A stretch of 64,000 bases of DNA from the human T2T-CHM13v2.0 reference genome, Homo sapiens. A program made the translations under genes and the position numbers. Location: assembly GCF_009914755.1 (NCBI RefSeq), contig NC_060933.1; one strand, 5' to 3'. This document shows, piece after piece, positions 1 through 12,000 of this stretch (the first letter of the stretch is position 1; each line of letters starts with the position of its first letter). The notes under the pieces are model-generated. The model searched no databases and was not told the origin of the DNA. It saw only the letters and a program-made list of their open reading frames with translations.

Positions 1-3000
1 ACTGTTTCCAGGCAGAAGCCTCCTGCAGAGGCAGAGCCTCTTGGGAAACTTCCACTATGGCAGTGCAGAAGGAAAATATGGGCTTGGAGCCCCCACACAG
101 GAGGCCACCATCCTCCAGACCCCAGATTCATAAGCCCACCAACAGCTCACACCCTCAGTATGGAAAAGCTACAGGCACTCCACACCAGCCTAGCCCATGA
201 GAGCAGACATGGGGGCTGAAGCCTGCAAAGCCACAGGTGCACTCTTCTAGTAGAGGTTTTCCATGAGCCTCTGCCTCTGAAGCATAATACTCCCCCTTCC
301 TACTACCCCCCACCCTCCCACCACCCTACTGCCAACCTACTTCCCACCCTACCCACCCCTTTTCCTTCCAACCCCAACCCCCTCCTGCCATGATTAAATC
401 ACCTCCCACCAGGTCGCACCTTCAACATTAAGGAGTACAATTCACAGGAGTTTTGGTAAAGAAACACAGCCAAACCATATTATTCTGACCCTGATACCCC
501 AGAATCTCACGTCCTTCTCACAGAGCAACATACATTCATGCCTTTTCAAAAGTTTCCAAAAGTCTTAACTCATTCCAGCATTAACTCTAATGTAAAAAGG
601 TCAACATCTCATCTGAGACAAGTCTACAGTCCCTTTTGCCTATGAGTCCCTGAATTTAAAAGGATGTTCTTTTCTTTCAGGGTACAATGATGGTACAGGC
701 ATTGGGTAAGCTTTCTCAATTCAAAGGGAAGAAAATTCCCAGGAAAAAAAAAAACACAAATAGAACCACAAGCCCAATACAAGTCCAAAACCCAGAAGGC
801 CAGTATCCATTCAATCTCATAGCTCCAAAATCATGAAGAAAACTCACTATCATAAGCACAGCAATAAGGAGATGATGTTTAATCATTTGTGAAGGATCCG
901 CCCCACCACCACCACTTTTCACCCCTCACCCCCACCATAATCCCCTCATTCTGCCTACCCCCCACCTTCCAACCCCCATTCTCCACCATGATTAAATCAC
1001 CCTCCACCAGGCCCCACCTTTAACTTTATTATTCTGTCCCTGGCTCCCAAATCTCATGTCCTTCTCACATTGCAAAGTACAATGATGCCTTCCCTACAGT
1101 CCCCCCCAGTCTTATATCATTCCAGCATTCATACAAATGTCCAAAGCTTAAAGTCTCATCTGACACAAGGCTACAGTCCCTTAGGCACATGAGCCTCTGA
1201 ACTGTAAAGCAAGTTAACTACTTCCAAGGTACAATGCTTGTGCAGGCAATGGGTAAGCATTCTCTACCAAAAGGAAGAATTTTGCCAGAAAGAAAAAAAC
1301 ACGTACAGAACTTACAGGCCCCATGAAACTCCAAACCCAGAAGGCCAGTCATTCAATCCTACAGTTCCAAAATCACCCTTTTTGAAACCTTGTCCCACAT
1401 CCAGGGCACAGGGACAAGAGGGCTGGGCTCTGATGGCCTTGGGCAGCTCTGCACCTGTGGCTTTGCAGGGTTTATGCCCCACAGCTGCCCCCATGGGCAG
1501 CGCTGGTGTTGAGTGCATGTAGCTTTTCACAACTGATGGTACAAGCTGTTGGTGGGTCTGTGAATCTGGGGTCTGCATGATGGTGGCCTCCAGTGTGGGG
1601 GCTCCAACCCCATATTTTCCTTCTACACTGTCCTAGTAGAGGTTTCTTATGAGGCTCTGCCTTTTGGGGATGCTTTTGTCTGGTCACCCAGGCATTTCCA
1701 TACATCTTCCAAAGTCTACAGAGAGGCTCCCAAGCCTCTAGTCTCATGATCCATCCACCCAGTGGCTTAACACTATGAGGAAGTTACCAAGGCTTCTAGC
1801 TTGCACCCTCTGAAGCAGTGACCCAAGCTGCATCTGTGCATTTTCAGCCATGGCTGGAGCTGGCGCTGCAGGGATGCAGGCAGCAGTGTCCTGAGGCTGC
1901 ACATAGAGGGGGGTCACAGGACTGGCCCAGGAAACCATTCTGCTCTCCTAGGGCCCAGGGCCTGTGACAGCATGGGCTGCTGCAGAGGTCTCTGAAATGC
2001 CTTCAAGGGCTTTTCCGTATTGTCTTGGCTATTAGCACTGGGCTCCTTTTTATGCAAATTTCTGAAGCCTTCCTAAATTTTCTCCCAGAAAATCAGCTTT
2101 TCTTTTTGACCATTTGGCCAGGCTGCAAATTTTCCAAACTTTTGAGTTCTGTTTCTCATTTAATATAAGAGTTGTGACTTGTTTAATGTAAGTCCCATCC
2201 AGAGGTCATTTTCTCGGTCACACATCAGAGCACAGGCTGTTCGATGCAGAGAGGACACCTCTTGAGCTTTGCTTCCTAGAAGTTCACTCCACCAGATATG
2301 CACTAAGTCATCACCCTCAGGTTTAAAGTTTCACAGATCTCCAGGGCAGGGTCACTGTGTAGCCATGTTCTTTGCTACAACAAAACAAAAGTAACCTTGG
2401 CTTCTGTTCCCAGTAAGTTCCTCATTTTTATCTGAGACCTTCTAATGCTGGTTTTCACTGACCATTTTCCTGTCAGCCTCCTGATCACAAGTAGTTAACA
2501 ATTCTTTACAAAGATCCAAACTTTTCCTCATTTTCCTGTCTTTGAAGCCCTCAAAACTCTCCTGATTTCTGTCTGCCACCCCCTTCTGAACCTGCTTCTA
2601 CATTATCAGCTATCTTTGTCGCAGCCTGGCAATGTGGTAAAGGAAGACAAGTCAATTTTCAGGGGGGAAATTCAAGAAGGCCTCAGATACTTGAATGAAA
2701 AGAATCTGAGTGCTGATTGCCAAGACAACAGGGAAAAGGCCTTGAAGACATTTCACACATCCACTTCCCAGTACTAATTTTCTCTATGATCAGAAAGAAA
2801 CGGGGTTTAATTGGCTCATGATTCTGCAGGCTGTAAGGAAACATAGCGGCTTCTGAATCTGGGAGGACTCAGGAAGCCTCCCAATCATACCAGAATGTCA
2901 AGGGGCAATGACATGATTCATGTGGCAGGAGTAGGAGCAAGACAGAGAGAGGAAAGAGGTGCCATGCTCTATTATACAAGCAGATCTCATGAGAACTCAC

Positions 3001-6000
3001 TATCAAAAGGTCAGCGTCAAAAAGATGGTGCTTAACTATTGGTGAAGGATTCACCCTCCACCCCCAGCTCCCACTGTTTCCAGGCAGAAGCCTGATGCAG
3101 AGGTAGAGTCTCTTGGGAAACCTTTACTAGGGAAGTGTGGAAGGAAAATATGGGCTTGGAGCCCCCACACAGATGGCCACCACCCTCCAGACCCCAGATT
3201 CATAGACCCACCAACAGCTCACACCCTCAGTGTGAAAAAGCTATGGGTAGTCAACACCAGCCCACCCCATGAGAGCAGCCACAGGGGCTAAACCCTGTAA
3301 AATCACAGGTGCACTGTCCTAGTAGAGGTTTTCCATGAGCCACTGTCTCTGCAGCAGGTTACTCCCCCTCCCTACTACCCACCACCCTCCCACCACCCTA
3401 CAGCCAACCCCTTTCCTCCCCACCCTTCCCACCCTTTTTCCTTCCACCCCCAACCCCCTCCCATCCATGATTAAATCACCTCCCCCAGGCCCAACCTTCA
3501 ACATTTGGGATTACAATTCCACATGAGTTTCACAGGGACACACAGCCAAACCATATTATTCTGACCTTGATACCCCAGAATCTCATGTTTTTCTCACAGA
3601 GCAAAATACAATCATGCCTTTTCAAAATTTTCCAAAAGTCTTAACTCATTCCAAATGTAAAAACTTCAAAGTCTCATCTGAGACAAGGCTACATTCTCTT
3701 CTGCCTATGAGTCCCTGAATTCAAAAGGGATTTCTTTTCTTTCAAGGTACAATGATGGTACAGGTATTGGGTAAGCTTTCTCAATCCAAAGGGAAAAAAT
3801 TTCCCAGAAAAATAATACAAATGCAAGTCCAAATCCAGCAGGACAGTATTCACTCAATCTTAAAGCTCCATAATCATCAAGAGAACTCACTATCATGCAG
3901 ACAGCATTAAGGAGATAGTGTTTAACCATTTGTGAAGGATCTGCCCCCCATCCTTATCTTTCAACCCCACCCCCAAAATAATCTCAACCATTCTCCCCAC
4001 ACCCCTACCTCCAACACCCAGGCTTCAACATGATTAAATCACCTTCCACCAGGTCCCAACTTTCACGTTCCCCATTACAATTCCACATGAGTATCGGTAG
4101 GGACACAGAACCAAATCATATTATTCTGACCCCAGTTCTCCCAAATCTCATATCTTTGACACACTGCGAAGTACAATGATGCCTTCTCTACAGTCCCCCA
4201 AAGTCTTAACTCCTTTCAGCATTTACTGAAGTATCCAAAGCCCAAAGTCTTATCTGACACAAGGCTGCAGTCCCTTCTGCCCCTGAGCCTCTGAAATACA
4301 AAGTAAGTTAACTACTTTCAAGGTACAATGATTGTACAGGCATTGGGTATGAATTTCCAGCCAAAAGAAAAAACTTTGCCAGAAAGCAGCACAAAATACA
4401 GATGAGACTTACAGATCTAATGCAAGTCAAAAACCCAGCAGGCCAGTCATTCCATCGTACAGCTCCAAATCATCTCTTTTTGATCTAAATCCCACATCCA
4501 GAGCACAGGGGTGTGATGGCTGGGCTCCCAAGGCCTTGGGTAGCTCTTCACCTGTGGCTTTGCAGGGTCTTTCCCCCACAGCTGCCCTCATGGGCTGGGC
4601 TAGTGTTGAGCACCTGTAGCTTTCCACACTGAGGGTGCAAGCTGTTGGTGGGTCTATGAATCTGGGGTTTGCAGAATGGTGCCTCCATGTGTGGGGATTC
4701 CAACTCCATATGTTCCTTCTGTACTACCCTAGAAAAGGTTTCCCATGAGGGTCTGCCTCTTGGAAAAGCTTCTGCCTGGAAACCCAGGTTTTTCTGTACA
4801 TGCTCTGGAGTCCAGACGAAGGCTCCCAAGGCTCAAGCCTTTTGCTCTGTGCACCTGCTGGCTTAACACTATGTAGAATCCACCAAGGCTTGCATCTTGT
4901 ACCCCTGAAGCAGTGACTCAAGCCATACCTGTGCATCTTTCAGCCATGGCTGGAGCTGGAGCTGCAGGGATGCAGGTAGCTGTGTGCTGTGGCAGAGCAC
5001 AGCAGTGGGACCTTGCAGCTGGCCCAGGAAAACATTCTTCTCTCTCAGGCCTTAGGGCCTGTGATAGCAAGGGCTGCTGCAAAGGTCTCTGAAATGCCTT
5101 CAAGGCCTGTTTCCCATTGTCTTGGCTATTAGCACTGGACTCCATTTTATACAAATTTCTGAAGCTGTCTTGGATTTTCCCACCGAAAATCAGCTTTTCT
5201 TTTTGACCACTTGGCCAGGCTGCAAATTTTCCAAACTTTTAAGCTCTGCTTCTCATTTAAATTTAAGTTTCTACTTGAGGTCATTTATTTGGTCACACCG
5301 AAGACCACAGGCTTTTGGACACAGACAGGATACCTCTTGAGCTTTGCTGCCAAAAGTTCATGTCTGTGATTTAGATACACCCTATGATTTAGATACACCC
5401 TAAATCATCACCCTCAAGTTCAAAGTTTCATAGGTCTCCAGGTTAAGGGCATCATGCAGTGATATTCTTTGCTAAGGCAAAACCAAAGTAACCTTGGCTC
5501 CTGTTTTCAGTAAATTCCTCATTTTCATCTGAGATCTTGTAAGCCTGGCCTTCACTGTCCATCCTTCTGTCGCCCTTTTAATTATAACTATTTAACAAGT
5601 CTCTACAATGGTCAAAACTTACCTTCATCTTCCTGACTTCTTCCAAGGCCTCCAAACTTTCCAACCTCTGGCTGTTACCCTCTTCTGAACCTGCTTTTAC
5701 ATTTTCATCCATCCTTGTTGCAGCCTATCAATGTGGTAAAAAGAAGAAATGTCCATTTTCAAGGGAAAAATTCACAAAGGGATCCGATATCTGCATGAAG
5801 AGAAGCTGAGTGCTGATTGCCAAGACAATAAGACAAAAAGGCCTTGAAGGCATTTCATAGCTCCACTTCCGAGCACTAATTTTCTGTAAGATCATAAAGA
5901 AAAGAGGTTGAACTGGCTCATGGTTCTGCAGGCTTTAAAGGAATCATAGAGGCCTCTGCTTCTGGGAGGAATCAGGAAGCCTCCCAATCATACCAGAAGA

Positions 6001-9000
6001 CCAAGCGGCAATGGGATGTTTCATATGGCAGAAGTAGGAGCAAGACAGAGAGAGGAAAGAGGTGTGACACCCTGTTATACAACCAGATCTCACGACAACT
6101 CACTATGACAAAATCAGCATCAAGAAGATGATGCTTAATCATTGGTGAAAGATCTGGCCCCCCCCAACACCCCCACCCCACTACTGTTTCCATGTAGAAG
6201 CCTGTTGCAGAGCCAGAGCCTCTTGGAAAACCTCTACTAGGGCAGTGCAGAAGGAAAATATGGGCTTGGAGTTCCCACACAGGAGGTTACCATCCTCCAG
6301 ACCCCAGATTCATAGACCCACCAACAGCTTGCACCCTCAGTATGGAAAAGCTACAGGCACTCAAGGCCAGCCCAACCCATGAGAGCCGCCATGGGACTAA
6401 ACACTGAAAGCCACAGGTGCACTGCCTTAGTAGAGGTTTTCCATGAGGCTCTGCCTCTGCAGGAGGCTACTCCCACATCCTACTACCCACCAGCCTCTCA
6501 CCACTTTACTGCCAACCTACTCCTCCCCACCCTACCCCCTCCTTTTTTCTTCTACCCCCAACTCCCTCCCATCCATGATTCAATCACCTCCCACCAGGCC
6601 CCACCTCCAACATTTGGGAATACAATTTCCCATGATCTTTGTAGGGAAACACTGCCAAACCATATTACTCTGACCATAAAATCCCTGAATCTCACGTCCT
6701 TCTCACAGAATAAAATACAAACAAGCCTTTTCAAAAGTTTCCAAAAGTCTTAACTCATTCCAGCAGTAACTCAATGTAAAAAGATTAAAGTCTCATCCAA
6801 CACGAGGCTGCAGTCCCTTCTGCCTAAGAGTCCCTGAATGTAAAAGGGAGTGCTTCTCTTTCAAGATACAATGATGGTACAGGCATTGGGTAAGGTTTCT
6901 CAGTCCAATGGGAAGAAATTTTCCAGAAAAATAACACAATTGGGACACAGGTCCAATGAAAGCCCAAAAACCTGGAGAGTATGTATGCATTCATCATGAG
7001 AACTCACTTTCACATAGACAGCATTAAGGACATACTGTTTAACCATTTGTGAAAGATCTGCCCCCCAGCCCCATCTTTCACCCCCACCCCCAGCCTAAAC
7101 CCCCCAAACTCACCACACCCTCACTTCCAATCTCAACTGTCCACCATGATTAAATCACCTTCTAACAAGCACCACTTTTAACATTCCCCATCACAATTCT
7201 ACATGAGTTCTGGTTGGGACACAGAGCCAAATCATATTGTTCTGCCCCTGGCCTTCCAAATCTCATGTTACTCTCACTTTGCAAAATACAATTATGCCTT
7301 CTCTACAGTCCCCCAAAGCCTTAACTCATTCCAGCATTTACTCAAATGTCCAAAGCCCAAAGTCTCATCTGAGACAAGGCTGCAGTCCCTTCTGCCCCTA
7401 AGCCTCTGAAATACAAAGCGAGTTAACTACTTTCAAGGTACAATGTTTGTGCAGGCATTGGGTAAACATTCCCAGCAAAAAGGAAGAAATTTGCCAAAGA
7501 AAGAAGCACAAAACACAGATAGGACTTACAGACCCCATGCAAGTCAAAAATCCAGCAGGCCAGTCATTCCATCATACAGCTCTAAATCATACTTTTTGAA
7601 TCTACATCCTACATCCAGAGCAGAGGGTGGTTTGATGGCTGGTCTCCCAAAGCCTTGGGCAGCTCAGCACTTGTGGTATGGCAAGGTCTTTCCCCAAAGC
7701 TGCCCTCATGGGCTGGGCTGCTGTTGAGTGCCAGTAGCTTTTCAACACTAAGGGTGCAAGCTGTTGGTGGGTCTATGAATCTGGGGTCTGGAGAATGGTG
7801 CCTCCCGGTGTGGGGGCTTCCCACCCTATATGTTCCTTGTGTACTGTCCTTGTAGAGGTTTACCATGAGGCTCTGCCTGTTGGAAAAGCTTCTGCCTGGA
7901 AACCCAGGATTTTCCATACATACTCTGGAGTCTAGATGAAGACTTCTACGTTTCTAGTCTTGTGCTCTGTGCACCTGCTGGCTTAACACTATGTGGAAGC
8001 CACAAACGCTTGGAGCTTGCAACCCTGAAGCAGTGACCCAAGCTGTACCTGTGCATCTTTCAGCCATGGCTGGAGCAGGAGCTACAGGGATGTAGGCAGC
8101 AGTGTCCTGAGGCTGCACACTGCAGGGGACCATTGGGCTGGGCCAGGAAACCATTCTGTCCCAGAAAACCATTCTTCTGTCCTAGGCTTCAGGGCCTGTA
8201 CAGCAAGGGCTGCTGCAAAGGTCTCTGAAATGCATTCAAGGCCTTTTCCCCATTGTCTTGGCTATTAGCACTGGGCTCCATTTTATGCAAGTTTCTGAAG
8301 CTGTCTTGAATTTTCCCACTGACAATCAGCTATTCTTTTTGACCATTTGGCCAGGCTGCAATTTTTTAAACTTTTAAGCTCTGCTTCTAATTTAAATATA
8401 AGTTTCTAATTGAGGTCATTTATTTGGTCACACAGAAGACCAGGACACAGACAGGACACCTCTTGAGCTTTGCTGCCAAAAGTTCATTCTGCCAGATACA
8501 CCCGAAACCATCACCCTCAAGTTCAAAGTTTCACAGATCTCCAGGTTAGGGGCATCATGCAGCGACATTCTTTGCTAAGGCAAAACAAATGTAACCTTGG
8601 CTCCTGTTTCCAGTAAACTCCTCATTTTCATCTGAGACCTTCTAAGCCTGGCCTTCACTGTCTATCCTTCTGTCAGCTTTTTAATCACAACTAACAAGTA
8701 ATTACAATGGTCCAAACTTTCCCTCATCTTCCTGTCTTCTTCCAAGCTCTCCAAACACTCTAACCTCTGGCCATTACCGAATTCTGAACCTGCTTCTACA
8801 TTTTCAGCTATCTTTGTCACAGCCTGGCAATGTGGTAAAAGAAGAAAAGTCCATTATCAGGGGAAAACTTCAAGAAGGCTTCAGATATTAGCATAAAAGA
8901 AGCCCAGTGCTAACAGCCAAAAGATTGGGGAAAAGGCCTTGAAGGCATTTCATAGCTTCACTTCACAGCATTGACTTTCTTCATGTACATAAATAATAGA

Positions 9001-12000
9001 GGTTGAATTGACTTACAGTTCTGGAGGCTGTAAGGAAAGCACAGTGGCTTCTGCTTTTAGGAGGACTCCGGAAGCCTCCCATTTATATCAGAAGGCCAAG
9101 TGGCAATGAAATGTTTCATATTTCAGGAGTAGAAGCAAGACAGAGAGAGGAAAGAGGTGCTACATCCTGTTATACAACCAGATCTCACGAGAACTCGGTA
9201 TCAGGAGATCAACATCAAGAAGATGGTGCTTAACCATTGGTGAAGGATCCACCCAATACCCCACATCCACCCCCCCGTTTCCATGCAGAAGCCTGAGGCA
9301 GAGGCAGATCCTCTTGGAAAACCTCTACTAGGGCAGTGCAGAAGGAAAATATGGGCTTGGAGCCCCCACGCAAGATAACACCATCCTCCAGACCCCAGAG
9401 TCATAGACCCACCAAAAGCTCCCACCCTCAGTAGGGAAAATCTACAGGCAATCAACACCGGCCCAGCCCATGAGAGCAGCCATGGGAGCTAAAGCCTGCA
9501 AAGCCACAGGTGCACTGCCCTAGTGCAGGTTTTCCATGAGCCTCTGCCTCTGTAGCATGCTACTCCCCCTTCCTACTACCCACCACCCTCACACCACCCT
9601 ACAGTCAACCTACTGCTCCGAACTTACCCACTTCTTTTTACTTCCAACTCCACCCCTCTCAAGTACAGGAATAAATCACCTCCCACCAGGCCACACCTGC
9701 AACATTCAGAATTACAATTTCCCATGTGTTTTGGTAGAGACACACAGCCAAACCATATTATTCCAACCCTGATCCCCCAAATATCATATCCATCTCACCG
9801 AGTAAAATACAATCTTGCCTTTTCAAAAGCTTCCAAAAGCCTTAACTCATTCCAGCATTAACACAAATGTAAAAGGTTCAACATCTCATCTGAGAAAAGT
9901 CTACAGTCCCTTTTGCCTATGAGTCCCTGAATTTAAAAGGGAGTTCTTTTTTTCAAGGTACAATGATGGTACAGGCATCGGGTAAGTTTTCTCAATCCAA
10001 AAGGAAGAGATTTGTCAGGAAAGTAACACAAGTGGGGTCACAGGCCCAGTGTAAGTCCAAAACCAAGCAGGACAGTATCCATTTAATCTTACAGCTCCAG
10101 AATCATCACGAGAACTCACCATCATGAGGAAAGCATTAAGGAGACGGTGTTTAACCATTTGGGAGGGATCCTCCCCCAGCAGCCATTTTCACCCCTCACC
10201 CCCACCAAAATCCCCCCATCCTCCCCAATCCCCACCTTCCAACACCCACTGCTCTCCATGATTAAATCACCTTCCACCTGTCCCAGTTTTAACATTTCCA
10301 ATTACAATTCCACATGAGTTTCTTTAGGGACACACAGCCAAATCTTATTCTGTCCCTGCCTCCCCCAGTCTCATGTACTTCTCACTTTGTAAAATACAAT
10401 GATGCCTTACCTACAGTGCCACAAGGTCTTAACTCATTCCAGCATTTACTCAAATGTCTGAAGCCCAAAGTCTCATCTGAGATGAGGCAGTCTCTTCTGC
10501 CCCTGAGCCTCTGAAATACAAACAAGTTAACTACTTCCAAGGTACAATGATTGTTCAGGCATTAAGAATTCCTAGCCAAAAGGAATATTTTTGCCTGAGA
10601 GAACAAAACACAAATAGGACTTACAAGCTCCATGAAAAGTCCAAAACCCAGCAGGCCAGTTATTCAAACCCACAGCTCCAAAGTCACCCCTTTTTTATCC
10701 TTGTCCCACATCCAGGGCACAAGGGTGTGAGGGCTGGGCTCCAAAGGCCTTGGGCAGCTCTGCACCTGTGGCTTTGCAGTGTTCAGCCCATGCAGCTGCC
10801 TTCATGGGCTGTGCTGGTGTTGAGTGCCTGTAGTTTTTACCCATGGAGGGTACAAAGCTCTTGGTGGGTCTATGAATCTGGGGTCTGCATGATGGTGGCC
10901 TCCAGTGTGGGGGTTCCAACCCCATATTTTCCTTCTGCACTGCCCTAGTAGAGGTTTCCCATGAGGCTCTGGCTTTTTGGCAGCCTTCTGTCTGGACACC
11001 CAGGCACTTTCACACATCTTCCAAAATATATATGGAGGATCTCAAGCCTCTGAACTAGTGGTCTGTGCACCCACTGGCTTAACACTATGTGGAAGCCACC
11101 AAGGCTTATAGGTTGCACCTTCTGAAGTGGTGTCCCAAGCTGTACCTGTGCATCTTTGAGACAAGGCTGGTGCAGGAGCTGGAGCTGCAGGGATGCAGGC
11201 AGCTGTATCCTGAGGCTGCACACAGCAGCAGGGCCATGGGGCTGGCCCAGGAAACCACTCTTTTCTCCTAGGTCCCAGGGCCTGTGACAGCAAGGGCTGC
11301 TGCAAACATCTCTGAAATGCCTCCAAGGCTTTCTCCCCCATTGCCTCAGCTATTAGCACTGGCCTTCATTTTATGCAAATTTTTGAAGCCATCATGAATT
11401 TTCCCTCTGAAAATCAGCTTTTGTTTTGACCACTTGGCCAGGCTGCAAATGTTCCAAACTTTTGAGCTCTGCTTGTCATTTAAATATAAGTTACAACTTG
11501 AGGTCATTTCCTTGGTCACACATAAGGGCACAGGCTGTTTGACACAGACAGGACACATCTTGAGATTTGCTGCCTAGATGTTCATTCCACCAGATACACC
11601 CTGAATCATCAACCTCAAGTTTAAAGTTTCACAGATCTCAAGGGCAAGGTCACCCTCACCCATGTTCTTTGTTACAGCAAAACAAAAGTAACTTTGGCTC
11701 CTGTTCCCAGTAAGTTCCTCATTTTCATCTGAGACCTCATAAGCCTGGCCTTTGTTCCTCCTTCTGTCAGCATTTTAATTACAACTATTTAACAAGTCTC
11801 TACAATGGTCCAAACTTTCCTTCATCTTCCTGTCTTCTTCCAAGTCCTCCAAACTCTCCGACCTCTGGCTGTTAGCCACTTGTGAACCTGCTTTTACATT
11901 TTCACCTATCTTCATCACAGCCTGGCAATGTAGAAAGAAAAAAAAAGTCTATTTTCTGGGGCAAACTTCAAGAAGCCTTCATATATTTGCATTAAAAAGA

